Part shown: positions 53,798 to 63,622 of the stretch, one piece after another
How the letters are laid out: the number at the start of each line of letters is the position of its first letter
Position numbering within the stretch: position 1 is the stretch's first letter
Assembly: GCA_965198005.1 (NCBI GenBank)
Contig: CBDAOI010000004.1
Span: forward strand, 1,088,001 to 1,152,000
DNA from: Spirochaetia bacterium
GTDB lineage: Bacteria; Spirochaetota; Spirochaetia; SZUA-6; Bin103
Length of the DNA: 64,000 nt
Reading direction: 5' to 3'
Program-made: the position numbers and the translations under genes
Notes under the pieces: generated by a model
Database searches by the model: none
The model's input: the letters and a program-made list of their open reading frames with translations, nothing else
Told to the model about the DNA's origin: nothing

Positions 53798-53972
53798 CGG
53801 CGGCAGTCCGAATCCGAGGAAGCTCAAGGACGCCTCGCTGATGATCACGCGGCTGGCGCTGTGGCCCGGCCTGTGCCTGACGGTCACCGTCTACAGTCTC
53901 AACCCTCGGCGACGCGGTGCGGGACCCGCTCGACCCGCGGCTGCGGGGTGGCGTGGGGCGTCTGGGTGCCTG
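53798..53972. pseudogene. Two back-to-back dppC fragments in opposite orientations
   Basis: Minus strand 53798-53848 VIISEASLSFLGFGLPP; plus strand from 53849 RLALWPGLCLTVTVYSLN...DPRLRG. Confidence 0.75.
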
Positions 53973-53992
53973 ACAATGGGAAGCGGCTGAGA

Positions 53993-54379
53993 TCAGGCTG
54001 GCAGAGACAGGCTACGCCGGGCGCGGCTCCGTACTGCGGTTGCATGCCGCACCGCCTCGCGCGCAGACGACTTGTCAGCGGACTCGCCGGGGTAACGGAC
54101 CGAGACGGCGTACACAGTAAGGATCTCAAGGTGCGGGCGAGCGTCCCCCCAGACGCCATCGCGCGACAGGAGCAGGTCCAGGAGGGAAACAAGGTTGTGC
54201 GTCCTGCCAAACGGGATGGATTGCTCCTGGAGGATAGCCTTCAGGTACTTCTCAGCGCATTGCTGTGCGTGGAAGCAAGCAGCCTCGTAGTTGGGGTGCT
54301 TTCTCGCCCGCAACTCGCGGCCAGCGGTGGCGAAGTCACCCTCGGCCTTTTCGATCCACTCAAGCGTGAGCGGATTCAT
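53993..54379 (-). CDS. HEPN domain protein
   Basis: W..KAE.D, CFHAQQCAEKYLKA, RTHNL, RYPG. Confidence 0.9.
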   Translation of the reverse strand: MNPLTLEWIEKAEGDFATAGRELRARKHPNYEAACFHAQQCAEKYLKAILQEQSIPFGRTHNLVSLLDLLLSRDGVWGDARPHLEILTVYAVSVRYPGESADKSSAREAVRHATAVRSRARRSLSLPA

Positions 54380-54683
54380 AGAGCACTTCGCCCCGCTTCA
54401 CGACGTCCTTGAGGAAGAAGTCGTTCCATTTGAGGCGCTGGCGCATCTCCTGTGGGGTCCTCACGACGAGGTCGATGGGGATTCTCGACCTCACTCGGCG
54501 CACGATTTCGACGGCTTGCGCGACACCGCTGCCGCCGTGGTCCATGACCACGAGCAAGTCGACGTCCGAGTCCTCCGAAGGCGTGCCGTAGGCGTGAGAG
54601 CCGAACAGAATCACCTTTTCGGGCCTGAACTCCGCGGCGATGCGCTCCGCGAGAGCGTGGATCTCTGTTCTGGTCACGCGCAC
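54360..54683 (-). CDS. Minimal nucleotidyltransferase (MNT) antitoxin
   Basis: ILFGS.AYG....DSDVDLLVV; overlaps HEPN. Confidence 0.9.
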   Translation of the reverse strand: MRVTRTEIHALAERIAAEFRPEKVILFGSHAYGTPSEDSDVDLLVVMDHGGSGVAQAVEIVRRVRSRIPIDLVVRTPQEMRQRLKWNDFFLKDVVKRGEVLYESAHA

Positions 54684-54787
54684 GTTGGCATCTTACCATG
54701 CCGCAAGATAGCTGTGAGAAGCCTGCTTGCTTAGCCTGTTGCCCTGTTGACAGTTGGTCGCGGCGACCAGCGCTTGATTTCTCGTCG

Positions 54788-55138
54788 CGGCTCGCCGAGT
54801 CGTGGTCTGTATCCCCTGACGGCACCACGTGGACATTCAATCTCCGGAAGGGGGTCCAATTTCACAAGGGTTATGGGGAGATGACGGCTGATGACGTTAT
54901 CTTCTCCATGCAGGAACATGGGCGGGAGGGCTCGTTAAACGCCTTCGCCGCCGCTGTTCAAAGGACGTGGGGCGCGGAGGGTGGCTCGGTGTCGGCCCCG
55001 GACCCCTACACCGTTGTGGTGGATACCGGCACCTTCCAGTTCGACATGTTGGAGGTTGTTAGCCAGACCGGCCAACAGATCTTCAGCAAGAAGCAAGTGG
55101 AGGAGTTGGGCGTGGAAGCTGCCAGCCCCATAGGCGCT
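54788..55138 (+). pseudogene. Family-5 SBP internal fragment
   Basis: [39 protein letters not shown]. Confidence 0.8.
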
Positions 55139-55139
55139 A

Positions 55140-55705
55140 ACAAACTTCCTGACCTCAGCCGGAATCAGGTGAAACGGTGGGCTGTGGGTCCGTCAGCAAC
55201 GCGCGCAGCAGCCTGCGGGCATTCGGTTTCTTGCCCTGGGCGCTGATTCACGGGCGCATCATGCGGGTCTGGGCGCGCTAGCAGCTGTGGGTGGGTGGTG
55301 ATCACTGGCACTTGGCGACCGTTGGCGAGCCGGCGCCGGATCTGGCGGACGGTGAGCCCGTTGCGCAGTACGATCGGTTGCTCGGCGAGGTCAACGGTGG
55401 TGGCACTGGTTCCAGCGGGCCCATGGATCAGTACCTCAAGCGGGTGGAAGTCCTCCTCCGGCCAGGTCGGGGGCCGCTTCCGGCACCACCCCCAGTTGCA
55501 GCAGGTGCGGCGCCACGTCCTGTTCGAGCGCCTGGTGCAGGCACAGCAGGGGCGTGCCCCCGAGGGCGTTGATCCAGTAGCTCACGGACGCTGGCAAACA
55601 CAGTTTCTGGCGCGCGACGAAGTGTTTCGGCAGCCGACCGTTGCGCCCGGCGTATACCTTCACGTGGCCGTCGACGGCCAGCGTCGCCCAGTCGTCCTTG
55701 TATGA
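55140..55705 (-). mobile_element. Degraded transposase fragment
   Basis: LAVDGHVKVY.G....LPKHFV.RQKLCL.....YW.N..G.P motif; frameshifted. Confidence 0.65.
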
Positions 55706-55940
55706 AACCGCCCTGGCGGCAAAGACTGTTGAGGAGCAGCAGCCTGCGGTTAGAGAGGCAAATATGTACGTTGTAAAGAACCACTTGATTATTTGGGGTA
55801 CGAAGGTTCCTTCGTTCGGTGCGTCTTGGCCGTGGCTCAAAGGCTATAACGGTGAAGTCGCCATTCATGCTAATACCTACCTCCCCTTTTTCGCTCGCCT
55901 CTGGGTCGACCAGGATCTGAAGGAGGAGATGGGCTATTAG
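55706..55940 (+). pseudogene. Family-5 SBP C-terminal fragment
   Basis: PWLKGYNGE...ARLWVDQDLKEEMGY*, matching the end of the 45111 SBP. Confidence 0.8.
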
Positions 55941-56000
55941 GGGTTGCACCTCTTTTGACTGACCGTAGCTGTGGCTATGGCTAGAGCTGCTAGCTGCCTA

Positions 56001-56035
56001 GGGGGCTGGGAGGTTCGAGCTCTCAGCCCCCTTTC
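56001..56035 (+). terminator. Hairpin after SBP stop (terminator or stabiliser)
   Basis: GGGGGCTGGGAG-gttcgag-CTCTCAGCCCCC followed by TTT. Confidence 0.5.
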
Positions 56036-56122
56036 ATTGCGTCATGAACCGGGACGCCGGCGTTCCTGGTGGACGAGGGCATCGACAACCTGGCCCGCTA
56101 GCTCCATCAGCCATCGCCGACG

Positions 56123-56222
56123 ACCTGCGACAGGATTACGTGCGGACCGCCTGGGCCAAGGGCCTCAAGGAGCGGAGGCTGGTGCTACGCCACGCGGTGA
56201 AGAACGCGCTCATCCCGGTGGC
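56123..56222 (+). pseudogene. dppB-like permease fragment
   Basis: LRQDYVRTAWAKGLKERRLVLRHAVKNALIPV. Confidence 0.8.
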
Positions 56223-56308
56223 TGGGGTGACGCCGAACTGTTCCTGGACACGCTGAAGGAGCTGTTCGAAGGCACCGAAGAGTTGGCGGTCATGGCGACC
56301 GTCCAACT

Positions 56309-56695
56309 CTACCAGAGGATCGACACCGGATAGCCCTTGATGAGCGGGTCCGGCGTAACCAGAGAGCAGCCATCCATGATCGCCTGGGCAACCAGGATGC
56401 GGTCGAACGGATCCCTGTGGCGGGCGGGAAGCTTGACCAATGCCAGCGTAGCGTCCTCGTTGATCGGCAGCGGCTCGATACCGTGCAGTTCTCGTTGCCG
56501 AGGAAGGTAGTCATCTACCGGTAGGGTCAACTCCAGGCGCCCGAGCGCATGTTTGATGACGATCTCCCAAGCCGACGCGGCGCTCAAGTAGACTTCGTTG
56601 GCCGGATCAACGATGGCGTCGCGTGCTCGTGCGCTAAGGCTCGGATGGTCATCGACCAACCAAAGGAACGTGCACGTATCCAGCAGCAGGCGCAT
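56309..56695 (-). CDS. vapC: VapC PIN-domain toxin
   Basis: LLLDTCTFLW, SAASAWEI.IK, HRDPFDRILVAQA. Confidence 0.92.
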   Translation of the reverse strand: MRLLLDTCTFLWLVDDHPSLSARARDAIVDPANEVYLSAASAWEIVIKHALGRLELTLPVDDYLPRQRELHGIEPLPINEDATLALVKLPARHRDPFDRILVAQAIMDGCSLVTPDPLIKGYPVSILW

Positions 56696-56958
56696 CAGCC
56701 GGCGCCCGGTTGCGCACCGCTGTCGAACAGGTCGAGCACCTCATCCGGCAGCGGCGCAAAGAAGCTCTCGGGAATGGTTGCGAGCCCCTTACCGAGGCCT
56801 ACCGAGCGGGGAGCCGAGCGTGGGGCCGGCAGGGGACGGATCTCCGCAATCGGCCGGTTGCGCCGGCACAGAATGATGCGGTCCCGCGCGCCGAGGGCCG
56901 CGAGATGCTCGGAAAGATGCGTCTTGGCTTGGTGTATGTTCAGGGTCTTGACCGACAT
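56695..56958 (-). CDS. Phd/YefM-family antitoxin
   Basis: NIHQAKTHLS, R..PIAEIRPL, F..PLP; TGATG coupling to vapC. Confidence 0.88.
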   Translation of the reverse strand: MSVKTLNIHQAKTHLSEHLAALGARDRIILCRRNRPIAEIRPLPAPRSAPRSVGLGKGLATIPESFFAPLPDEVLDLFDSGAQPGAG

Positions 56959-57274
56959 GGTCAGAAAGTAAACCATATTTCGAGTCGAGTCAATCTGCGC
57001 CACGATGAATTGAGCGACTGACGCGCCGGGTGAGGCACAATGTAGGACCGGGTGTCAGCGGAGTGTCAGCGGAGCGCTGGGTGGGTGAGTTGCAGCGTGC
57101 GGCCGGCGGCGACGCCGGCCAGGTCGCGCTCCAGGTTCGCCAGTCCCAGGCCGTCTCAGACTCTGCCGGAATGGAGTCTGCCACTCCCGTACCTCCGTTA
57201 CCGTGCCCCCACGCAAACGAAACTCGCCCTTGCACTCTCGGATGAGACTCCCGAAGTGCTAAAAAGCTAGCTAG

Positions 57275-58336
57275 CTAGATCGCGAACCAGGGTCTGACGT
57301 CGATGCCGTCGCGGCGTTGGTGGTCGTGGCCGGCGTAGAGCAGCGTTGCCCGATCGGTGTCTACTCCGGCATGCCGGCACCACCAGCGCAGGCCTGCGGT
57401 CATGGCTGATACCACGGTCTCGGCTGACTTGATTTCCACGGGATGGGGCTCGCCGTCGTGTTCGATCACCAGATCGATTTCGTGGCCGGTCCGGTCGCGC
57501 CAGAAGTACAGCGGCGGCTGCAGCCGGTGATGACGATACGCCTTTACCACCTCGGCCACGACGTAGTTCTCGAACAGTGCGCCCCGCAGATGGTGGGTGG
57601 CCAGTTGGCGCTCGCTGCGAATGCCGAGCAGATGACACGCGAGCCCGGTGTCGACCAGGTAGAGCTTCGGACTCTTCACCAGCCGCTTGTTGAAGTTGCG
57701 ATGGTAGGGGCGGAGCAACCGTTCGAAGGTTTCCAGGTCACCGACGTTGAGCAGGGCCCGCACGTCGCGGGCGAGGTAGGTCTGAACGTAGTCGGGTAGC
57801 CAGATTTCGGGAGGGATGGCCCGATCGTGGATGCGCGGGTAGAAACCGGTGCGCACGGTGGACCAGAGATCGAGTTGCGTGGCGCGGTTGGAGAACAACG
57901 CACCGGGCTGGCCGGGAGCGGCGTGCGGTTGCGACTCCAACTCCGCGCGTGACAGGGGCAACAGATGGAGGATTCCGGTTCGCCCCGCCAGAGTCTGCGA
58001 TATCCTGTCCATCAGTAGGAGATTCTGAGATCCGGTTAGCACGTAGGTTCCCGCGTGGTCCGGGTGATCGACCGCAACCTGGATCGCGGAGAGGATGTCC
58101 GGGACCCGCTGGACCTCGTCGATGATGACCGGTGGACGGTAGCGGGACAGAAAGCCGTGGGGATCGTCACGGGCGAACCGGCGCGGCTCCGTGTCTTCCA
58201 GGTTGACGTAATCGAAGTCGGGAAAGGTCGTGCGCGCCAGGGTCGTCTTCCCCGATTGGCGCGGGCCGGTCAGGGTGATCACCGGATAGTACCGGGCGTC
58301 GCGCACCAGCAACGGACCAAGCGTACGGGCAAGCAT
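57275..58336 (-). pseudogene. AAA_14 + DUF4143 ATPase with an in-frame internal deletion near 57715
   Basis: GPRQSGKTT, IIDEVQ, LTGSQ, TYL.RDVR, K.PKLY..DTGL, FEN, EID...EIKS; the helical segment between FERL and LRPY is missing. Confidence 0.75.
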
Positions 58337-58771
58337 ATGACAAATCTACGATCTAGTCGTCAATTTGGCAATATGGGGCGACCGCCCCCACCCACGAAAG
58401 GCAGTTGACGTGCTTGCCGCAATGCGTACTCGTCGGGTCATCTGCGCGGCCCGCACTGTCGTCGACGGCGAACACGGTGCTCGGCGCGAAGTCGTCGCGA
58501 CTGCGGAGTCCCGCCGTCGGTCCCTTCACGCATTGCACAACGAACCGCGCGCGGCTATCGGTGCGGCCATGCGATCACCGTCGTGCTCGCAACGACCGAC
58601 GGCGGTCCTAGTCTGGGCCGTCGCAGCCGAGCTTGCACGTCGCACGAGGTCACTGTATGGTGACCGGAACAAGATGGGAACGGAGAGTGATGCATCGATG
58701 AACGCCGCCGGGTCATCCGAACGCGCGATCTGTCGGCGATGCCGGTCCATGTCCTTGCGGCGGTCGGCGCG

Positions 58772-59480
58772 ATGACACCGGTCGAGTTCATCGCCAAGTG
58801 GCGAGCGTAGGAGTTGAAGGAACGCTCGGCGTCGAAGGAACACGTCATCGATCTGAGCCACCTACTCGGCGAGCCGACACCGGCGGACGCCGCCCCGGCG
58901 GGCGAGTGGTACTGCTTCGAGCGCGGCGCGCGCAAAGGACACCGGCGGCGATGGCTGGGCCGATGTCTGGAAGCGCGGCTGCTTCGCGTGGGAGTACAAG
59001 GGCCGCCGCGCCGACCTCGACGCGGCGTTCAATCAGTTTCGGCAGTCCGCATTCGCCTGACCCGCCGCTGCGCGATTGTCTCCGACATGGTGCGGTTCCA
59101 CATCCGCAGCCCAGCTGGACAAACAGCGTGAGCGTGACGCACGAGTTCACGCTCGACATTCGCCTGGGAGAACCCGCCGCTGCGGATTGTCTCCGACATG
59201 GTGCGGTTCCACATCCGCACCAGCTGGACAAACAGCGTGAGCGTGACGCACGAGTTCACGCTCGACAATCTCGCCGCTCGCGACAGGCTCAAGTGGGCGA
59301 TGTCGGACCCGGAGCGGCTTCGGCCGGGCGAAACGCGGCAGACGGTGACGGAGCGCGCGGCGGCGACCTTCGCGGGTGCTTGCCCTGTACAATGCGCGCC
59401 CGCAGTGGCTCTCTGATGCCCATGCGGCCTGTGGTGCCGCCATCGCAGCGGCCTACGGGTGGGATGAGGGGATTCCTGAA
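58772..59480 (+). pseudogene. MmeI-like (Type IIL) restriction-modification enzyme remnant
   Basis: MTP.EFIAKW, in-frame TAG, Y.FE.G, G.ADVWKRG.FAWEYKG, PPL.IVSDM; jumps straight to the C-terminal LYNARPQWL..AH....AAYGW. Confidence 0.78.
59051..59267 (+). repeat. Imperfect tandem duplication, two ~107-nt units
   Basis: CCCGCCGCTGCG..ATTGTCTCCGACATGG...GAGTTCACGCTCGACA occurs at 59061 and 59173. Confidence 0.9.
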
Positions 59481-59481
59481 G

Positions 59482-60030
59482 ATGAAACATCTGATGTACT
59501 GGATACTCGCTGCGATCTCGCTTTCCGGGTGCAGCAGCGTCGCGAAGACACCGTCCGACTTCAGCGCAAGCGAGAGCGACAGGACGGTGAGCGCCGGTGC
59601 GGGGTTCGGTGAGTTTGATCGGGTGAACTGGACCGTAACCTGTGGGCTGCCAACACGGGACAACCCACTTATCGACCTCCTCTCGACCCAATTTGAGCTT
59701 GGGCCGTTCGCCCGAAACGCAGGCCACATGCTGGCAAAGAAACTCAATCGGCCCCATCCCGAAGGGGGCCTCAGCACCGAGATGTGGGTGCTCTCGCCCG
59801 TCCTCGGGGAGTGGTGGAGACTCAAAGCAATCCGGGTCCACCCGGAGGATCTCCCGAAGCTCACCTCGAACGCGGTCAAAGACATAGACTACCGCGACGT
59901 CCGCCAGATCGTGAACTCGCCATTCCTGCCAGAGCCCATCGTGGTGCGCGGAGGCGACGAGGAGGCAGTGGTGGATGTGCAGATACTGGCTCGGCTGCCT
60001 GAGGTCTCCCGACTGCGATGCAGGCCGTAG
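59482..60030 (+). CDS. Hypothetical lipoprotein
   Basis: MKHLMYWILAAISLSGC lipobox. Confidence 0.55.
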   Translation: MKHLMYWILAAISLSGCSSVAKTPSDFSASESDRTVSAGAGFGEFDRVNWTVTCGLPTRDNPLIDLLSTQFELGPFARNAGHMLAKKLNRPHPEGGLSTEMWVLSPVLGEWWRLKAIRVHPEDLPKLTSNAVKDIDYRDVRQIVNSPFLPEPIVVRGGDEEAVVDVQILARLPEVSRLRCRP

Positions 60031-60136
60031 TCCGTTCCGGTGGAGTTCTACCGCAGACAGAAACGGACCAGACTGCCATGGTACGTCCCGACTGCTATAA
60101 CCGCCGAACACGAAACGGAGCCGAGTAACGCGAACG

Positions 60137-60670
60137 ATGGAACCTTTGGTCGTCCTCCTCGTCATCGCGGCGGGGTTGTACTTTGTTCTCCAGGGATTGT
60201 TCAGGAAGCGCCCGCGCAAGCGACGCCGCCCCCGCCGACAACGCCGCACGGGTACGCTCGCCGGGAAAGCCTACGTCACCGACGGCGACGGGATTCGCGT
60301 ATCCGGGCAGGAAGTACGGTTCGCCGGTCTCGACGCGCCCGAGTGGGATCAGCGGGCCAAGCACGAGGACGGCTACTGGTTCGGACATGGAAAGCGTGTG
60401 AAGAGCGCCTTGATCCGCGAGATCGGCGGCAAGCGAGTTCACGTCACGGTCGAGGACTATGACAAATTTGGACGTGCGGTCGGCATCGTAACCTGCAACG
60501 GCAAGGATGTCGGGGAGTGGCTCGTCCGGGAAGGACACGCGATCGCTGCCTATAGCGACCAGTACAAGCACATAGAGCGGGAAGCGCGACAGTCCAAGCG
60601 GGGAATGTGGGGCCATGCTGTCAACATCGACCCCCGGCGGTGGCGGCATCGGAGTACGTCGCGGAGTTAG
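60137..60670 (+). CDS. Thermonuclease (SNase) family protein with N-terminal anchor
   Basis: V.DGD, VRFAGLDAPE, DKFGR, LVREGHA, AR...RGMW. Confidence 0.9.
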   Translation: MEPLVVLLVIAAGLYFVLQGLFRKRPRKRRRPRRQRRTGTLAGKAYVTDGDGIRVSGQEVRFAGLDAPEWDQRAKHEDGYWFGHGKRVKSALIREIGGKRVHVTVEDYDKFGRAVGIVTCNGKDVGEWLVREGHAIAAYSDQYKHIEREARQSKRGMWGHAVNIDPRRWRHRSTSRS

Positions 60671-60742
60671 TCCCCGGCGCTGTCTCTCGGGCTTCGTCGT
60701 GGTGCATCGCAATCCCCCCGGCACCGGACACCGTGTTGGATT

Positions 60743-60949
60743 TCAGATCCAGCGCCCGTACCTGCGGCGCGAGCGCGGACGGGAAGGCGACGACAAGACT
60801 TGGAGATTCATCGCATCGGCGATCAGGCTCCCGACCTTCTCCGCCGTCTCGACCAGATGACCATCGGCAAGATGAGCATAGCCTGCGGTGGTCTCGTGGC
60901 GCCGGTGACCGAGCAGCTTGCCCACGAGCGGCAGGTTCTCGCCCGACAT
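60743..60949 (-). pseudogene. Tyrosine recombinase/integrase C-terminal fragment
   Basis: GENL..VGKLLGH....TT..YAH. Confidence 0.8.
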
Positions 60950-61154
60950 GACGGCGTGGCTCGCCGCCTGTGGCGGAGGTCGTGCAGCCGGACCTTGCCA
61001 AGATTGGCGCCGCCGGAGACCGCCTGCCAGCAGGCGACGACTCGGTGTGCGTGTCTGCTATTGCAGGATTTTCCGTCTACTCATGCGACGGCGGGCGGAG
61101 GCAGGAAAGGCACCATCCATCGGTGCGTCCGTTTTGCCTGCCGTCGGGCCGTGG

Positions 61155-61403
61155 TCAGCGGTAGGTTACGGTGGGCGCGTCAATGGGCAACAGATGGTGT
61201 TGCGCGCGAACGGTACGCAGCAGCGGATCCTCCGGGTCGGAGAATCCCTCGGCGAATTCGCCAAGCGCGGTGGCTGAGAGGCACAGTTCCAGGTCCGGGG
61301 CCACCGCCAGGAAGCGATGCGCGGGGCCGCCGGCTTCGTTCCGCCGCCGCTCCCGCTGCAGGTCGATGAGAAACGTGGTGTCGAACGCTATTCTGTCCGC
61401 CAC
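61155..61403 (-). pseudogene. VapC PIN toxin, 3'-truncated
   Basis: FDTTFLIDL, SAT.LGEFAEG; lacks the C-terminal acidic motif. Confidence 0.7.
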
Positions 61404-61632
61404 GGATTCTCCGGCGCCACATCGGTAAGTTGTGCCGCATCCAGGCCTCGAGTGACGCCTCGCTCATGACCGGCAACCGCTCGAACGCGGCAAGCATGCC
61501 GGCTGCCGTTCGTGGCTCGGGTGGCCAGATGGCACGCTTGATCACCTTCGAGAAGGAGTCGTCCGGTGACCGGCGGGCGCTGCGCAACCGTTCATACGCC
61601 TCCAGATCGATGGTGATTGTCTTCGTGGCCAT
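61400..61632 (-). pseudogene. VapB-like antitoxin (DUF217 type), 3' end frameshifted
   Basis: MATKTITIDLEAYERL......DSFSKVIKR. Confidence 0.7.
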
Positions 61633-61658
61633 ACATGTATGTGTACACGTATGTGTAT
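61631..61658. promoter_or_regulatory. Putative TA operator palindrome
   Basis: ATACATGTATGTGTACACGTATGTGTAT, imperfect palindrome centred on GTGTACAC, directly at the antitoxin start. Confidence 0.6.
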
Positions 61659-61763
61659 TCGGTCGTCAAGCGCCTCGCTTTGTGACCCACACAACAGGCC
61701 TGAACGGGAATCATGTGCTCACGGACGTTCAGTATGACCGAGGAACCTGGAAGGAGTAGCCGG

Positions 61764-62165
61764 ATGATCGCAGAGTTGGAACGACTGTCCGAGGCATGGA
61801 CACAGATGGGCGAGGTCTTGTCCGTCCCCCACACCGAAGCCGAATACTTGCGGATCAGCGCGTTCCTCGACCTCGTGGTCGACGAAGTAGGGGAGCATGA
61901 TTCGCATCCGTTGGCCTCAATGATGGAGACGCTGGGTACCCTGGTTGATGCCTATGAGCGGGAACACGTCAGGGAGTTCCCGGGCGGTCCGGCTGCTGTC
62001 CTGCGGCTCTTGATGGATGAACATGGGTTGAGCCAATCCGACCTGCCGGAAGTCGGCAGTCAGGGTGTCGTCTCGGAGATCCTGCGCGGGAGGCGGCAGG
62101 TCAACGTCCGGCAGGTGCGAGCGCTCAGCGAGCGGTTCGGGGTTTCCCCGGCGGTGTTCATTTAG
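61764..62165 (+). CDS. higA: HigA-family HTH antitoxin, preceded by a HigB C-terminal remnant (~61710-61759)
   Basis: HPLAS....LG.LV..YE, LM..HGLSQSDLPEVGSQGVVSEIL.GRR; upstream HVLTDVQYDRGTWKE*. Confidence 0.85.
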   Translation: MIAELERLSEAWTQMGEVLSVPHTEAEYLRISAFLDLVVDEVGEHDSHPLASMMETLGTLVDAYEREHVREFPGGPAAVLRLLMDEHGLSQSDLPEVGSQGVVSEILRGRRQVNVRQVRALSERFGVSPAVFI

Positions 62166-62193
62166 TAGCGCCGAATCCCTCCGCGATGAAGCT

Positions 62194-62420
62194 TCAGACC
62201 CGTTCCTTGTTATAGCGGTGGCCGCCGTCGCCTACGTAGAGCTCGCAGCGGTCGGGGACGGAGGCCGCTTGGTAAACCTTGGCGAGTTGCGCGAAGGCGG
62301 CCTCGGTGTGGGCAACGGGGAAGATCGGGTCGTCGCGGCCGGCGACGGCCAGGAAGTGGCGCGGCGCGATCAGGCCGCCGATGTCGTGCATCTCGCCGAG
62401 GCGCAGGATGCCGGGCATCT
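62194..62420 (-). pseudogene. Alpha/beta hydrolase C-terminal fragment
   Basis: PGIL..GEM.DI.GLIAPR.FL.VAG..DPIFP...G..GHRY. Confidence 0.65.
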
Positions 62421-62468
62421 CCTGATCGACCTGGTCTATCCTTATATCGATCCCCGGGTTCGGCACGG

Positions 62469-63386
62469 ATGAGCGAAGGGATACGGACGGCACGGACCGC
62501 GGCACGGGCGCCAAAGAGAAGCGCCGGGCTGGCCGGTTTCCTGGTCCGGCTGTGGCGCGAGAAGCCGCTGGGTACGGCCTGCAGCATCGTCGTCTTGCTG
62601 TTGCTGCTGATCGTGATCTTCGCGGACGTGCTGGCTCCGTTCAAGTACATGGAGATTCACCTGAGAGACCGGATGCAGGGATCATCCGCTCAGTATCTCC
62701 TCGGCACCGATCATCTGGGGCGCGACCTGTTGAGCCGCCTCATCCACGGGGCTCGGCTTTCCCTAGTGGTGGGTCTGGCCGCTACCACGCTCAACGTGGT
62801 GGTGGCGGTGCTGATCGGGGGCGCTACGGGATTCCTCGGTGGCAAACTGGACTTGGTGATGCAGCGGTTCGTGGATGCGTGGATGTCGTTCCCGGGACTG
62901 CTGCTGCTGTTGACGATCATGTCGCTGCTGGGGCGGGGGATGCTGCAGATCATCGTGGTGCTGGGCATATCGGGCGGCATCCCCGCCTCGCGCGTAATGC
63001 GGAGCGCCGTGATCGGCGTAAAGGAGAACGCCTACTTTCAGGCCGCGGCGGCGATCGGCTGCTCGAAGTGGCAGACCCTCGTCCGGCACGTGCTGCCCAA
63101 CATCGCGGCTCCGGCGATCATCATCTTCACCGTCAACATCGGTGGCGTGATCATCGCCGAGGCCTCGCTGAGCTTTCTGGGGTTCGGGCTTCCGCCCGAC
63201 GTTCCCAGTTGGGGAGGGATGCTCAGCCGCGAAGGCGCCGCGGCTGGCGCTGTGGCCCGGCCTGTGCCTGACGATCGTGGTCTACAGTCTGAACATGTTC
63301 GGCGACGCGGTGCGCGACCTGCTCGACCCGCGGCTGCGCGGCGGCGGGCGTCTCGGCGCCGATCACGGTGCGCCAGCGTAGAATAG
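62469..63386 (+). pseudogene. dppC-like permease with a frameshifting deletion at ~63235; preceded by a dppB 3' remnant (62418-62472)
   Basis: Full dppC motifs up to LSREG, then the frame changes to RLALWPG...GDAVRDLLDPRLR; upstream LIDLVYPYIDPRVR. Confidence 0.85.
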
Positions 63387-63454
63387 CCCGCTGAACCCGC
63401 TGATCACGACGGCGGCTCCTCATTGCCGTTGACCGCACCTCCGGGACCAGCACG

Positions 63455-63622
63455 TTCGCCTGCGACACGGTGGTGTTGGCGGCTGGAATGCGGGCTGACA
63501 ACGCGCTCTACCGGTCTCTGGTGCAGGAGCTGTCCGACGTGCACCTGATCGGTGATGGCAAGGAACCACGCGGCATCCATGACCCGATCCTCGAGGGCTA
63601 CGTAGTGGGAAGTACGCTATGA
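63455..63622 (+). pseudogene. FAD-dependent (NADH:flavin) oxidoreductase C-terminal fragment
   Basis: CDTVVLAAG...VHLIGD.KEPR.I....LEG. Confidence 0.6.

Noticed and set aside
56001-56035. tRNA-like GGTTCGA motif or integration site
   Set aside because: Single hairpin, no cloverleaf or CCA; better explained as a post-SBP stem-loop
57266-57279. GCTA short repeat
   Set aside because: Three units at a stop codon; too short to support a function
59051-59267. Possible CRISPR array
   Set aside because: Only two ~107-nt units with no unique spacers; it duplicates coding sequence of the MmeI-like remnant; no cas genes in the window
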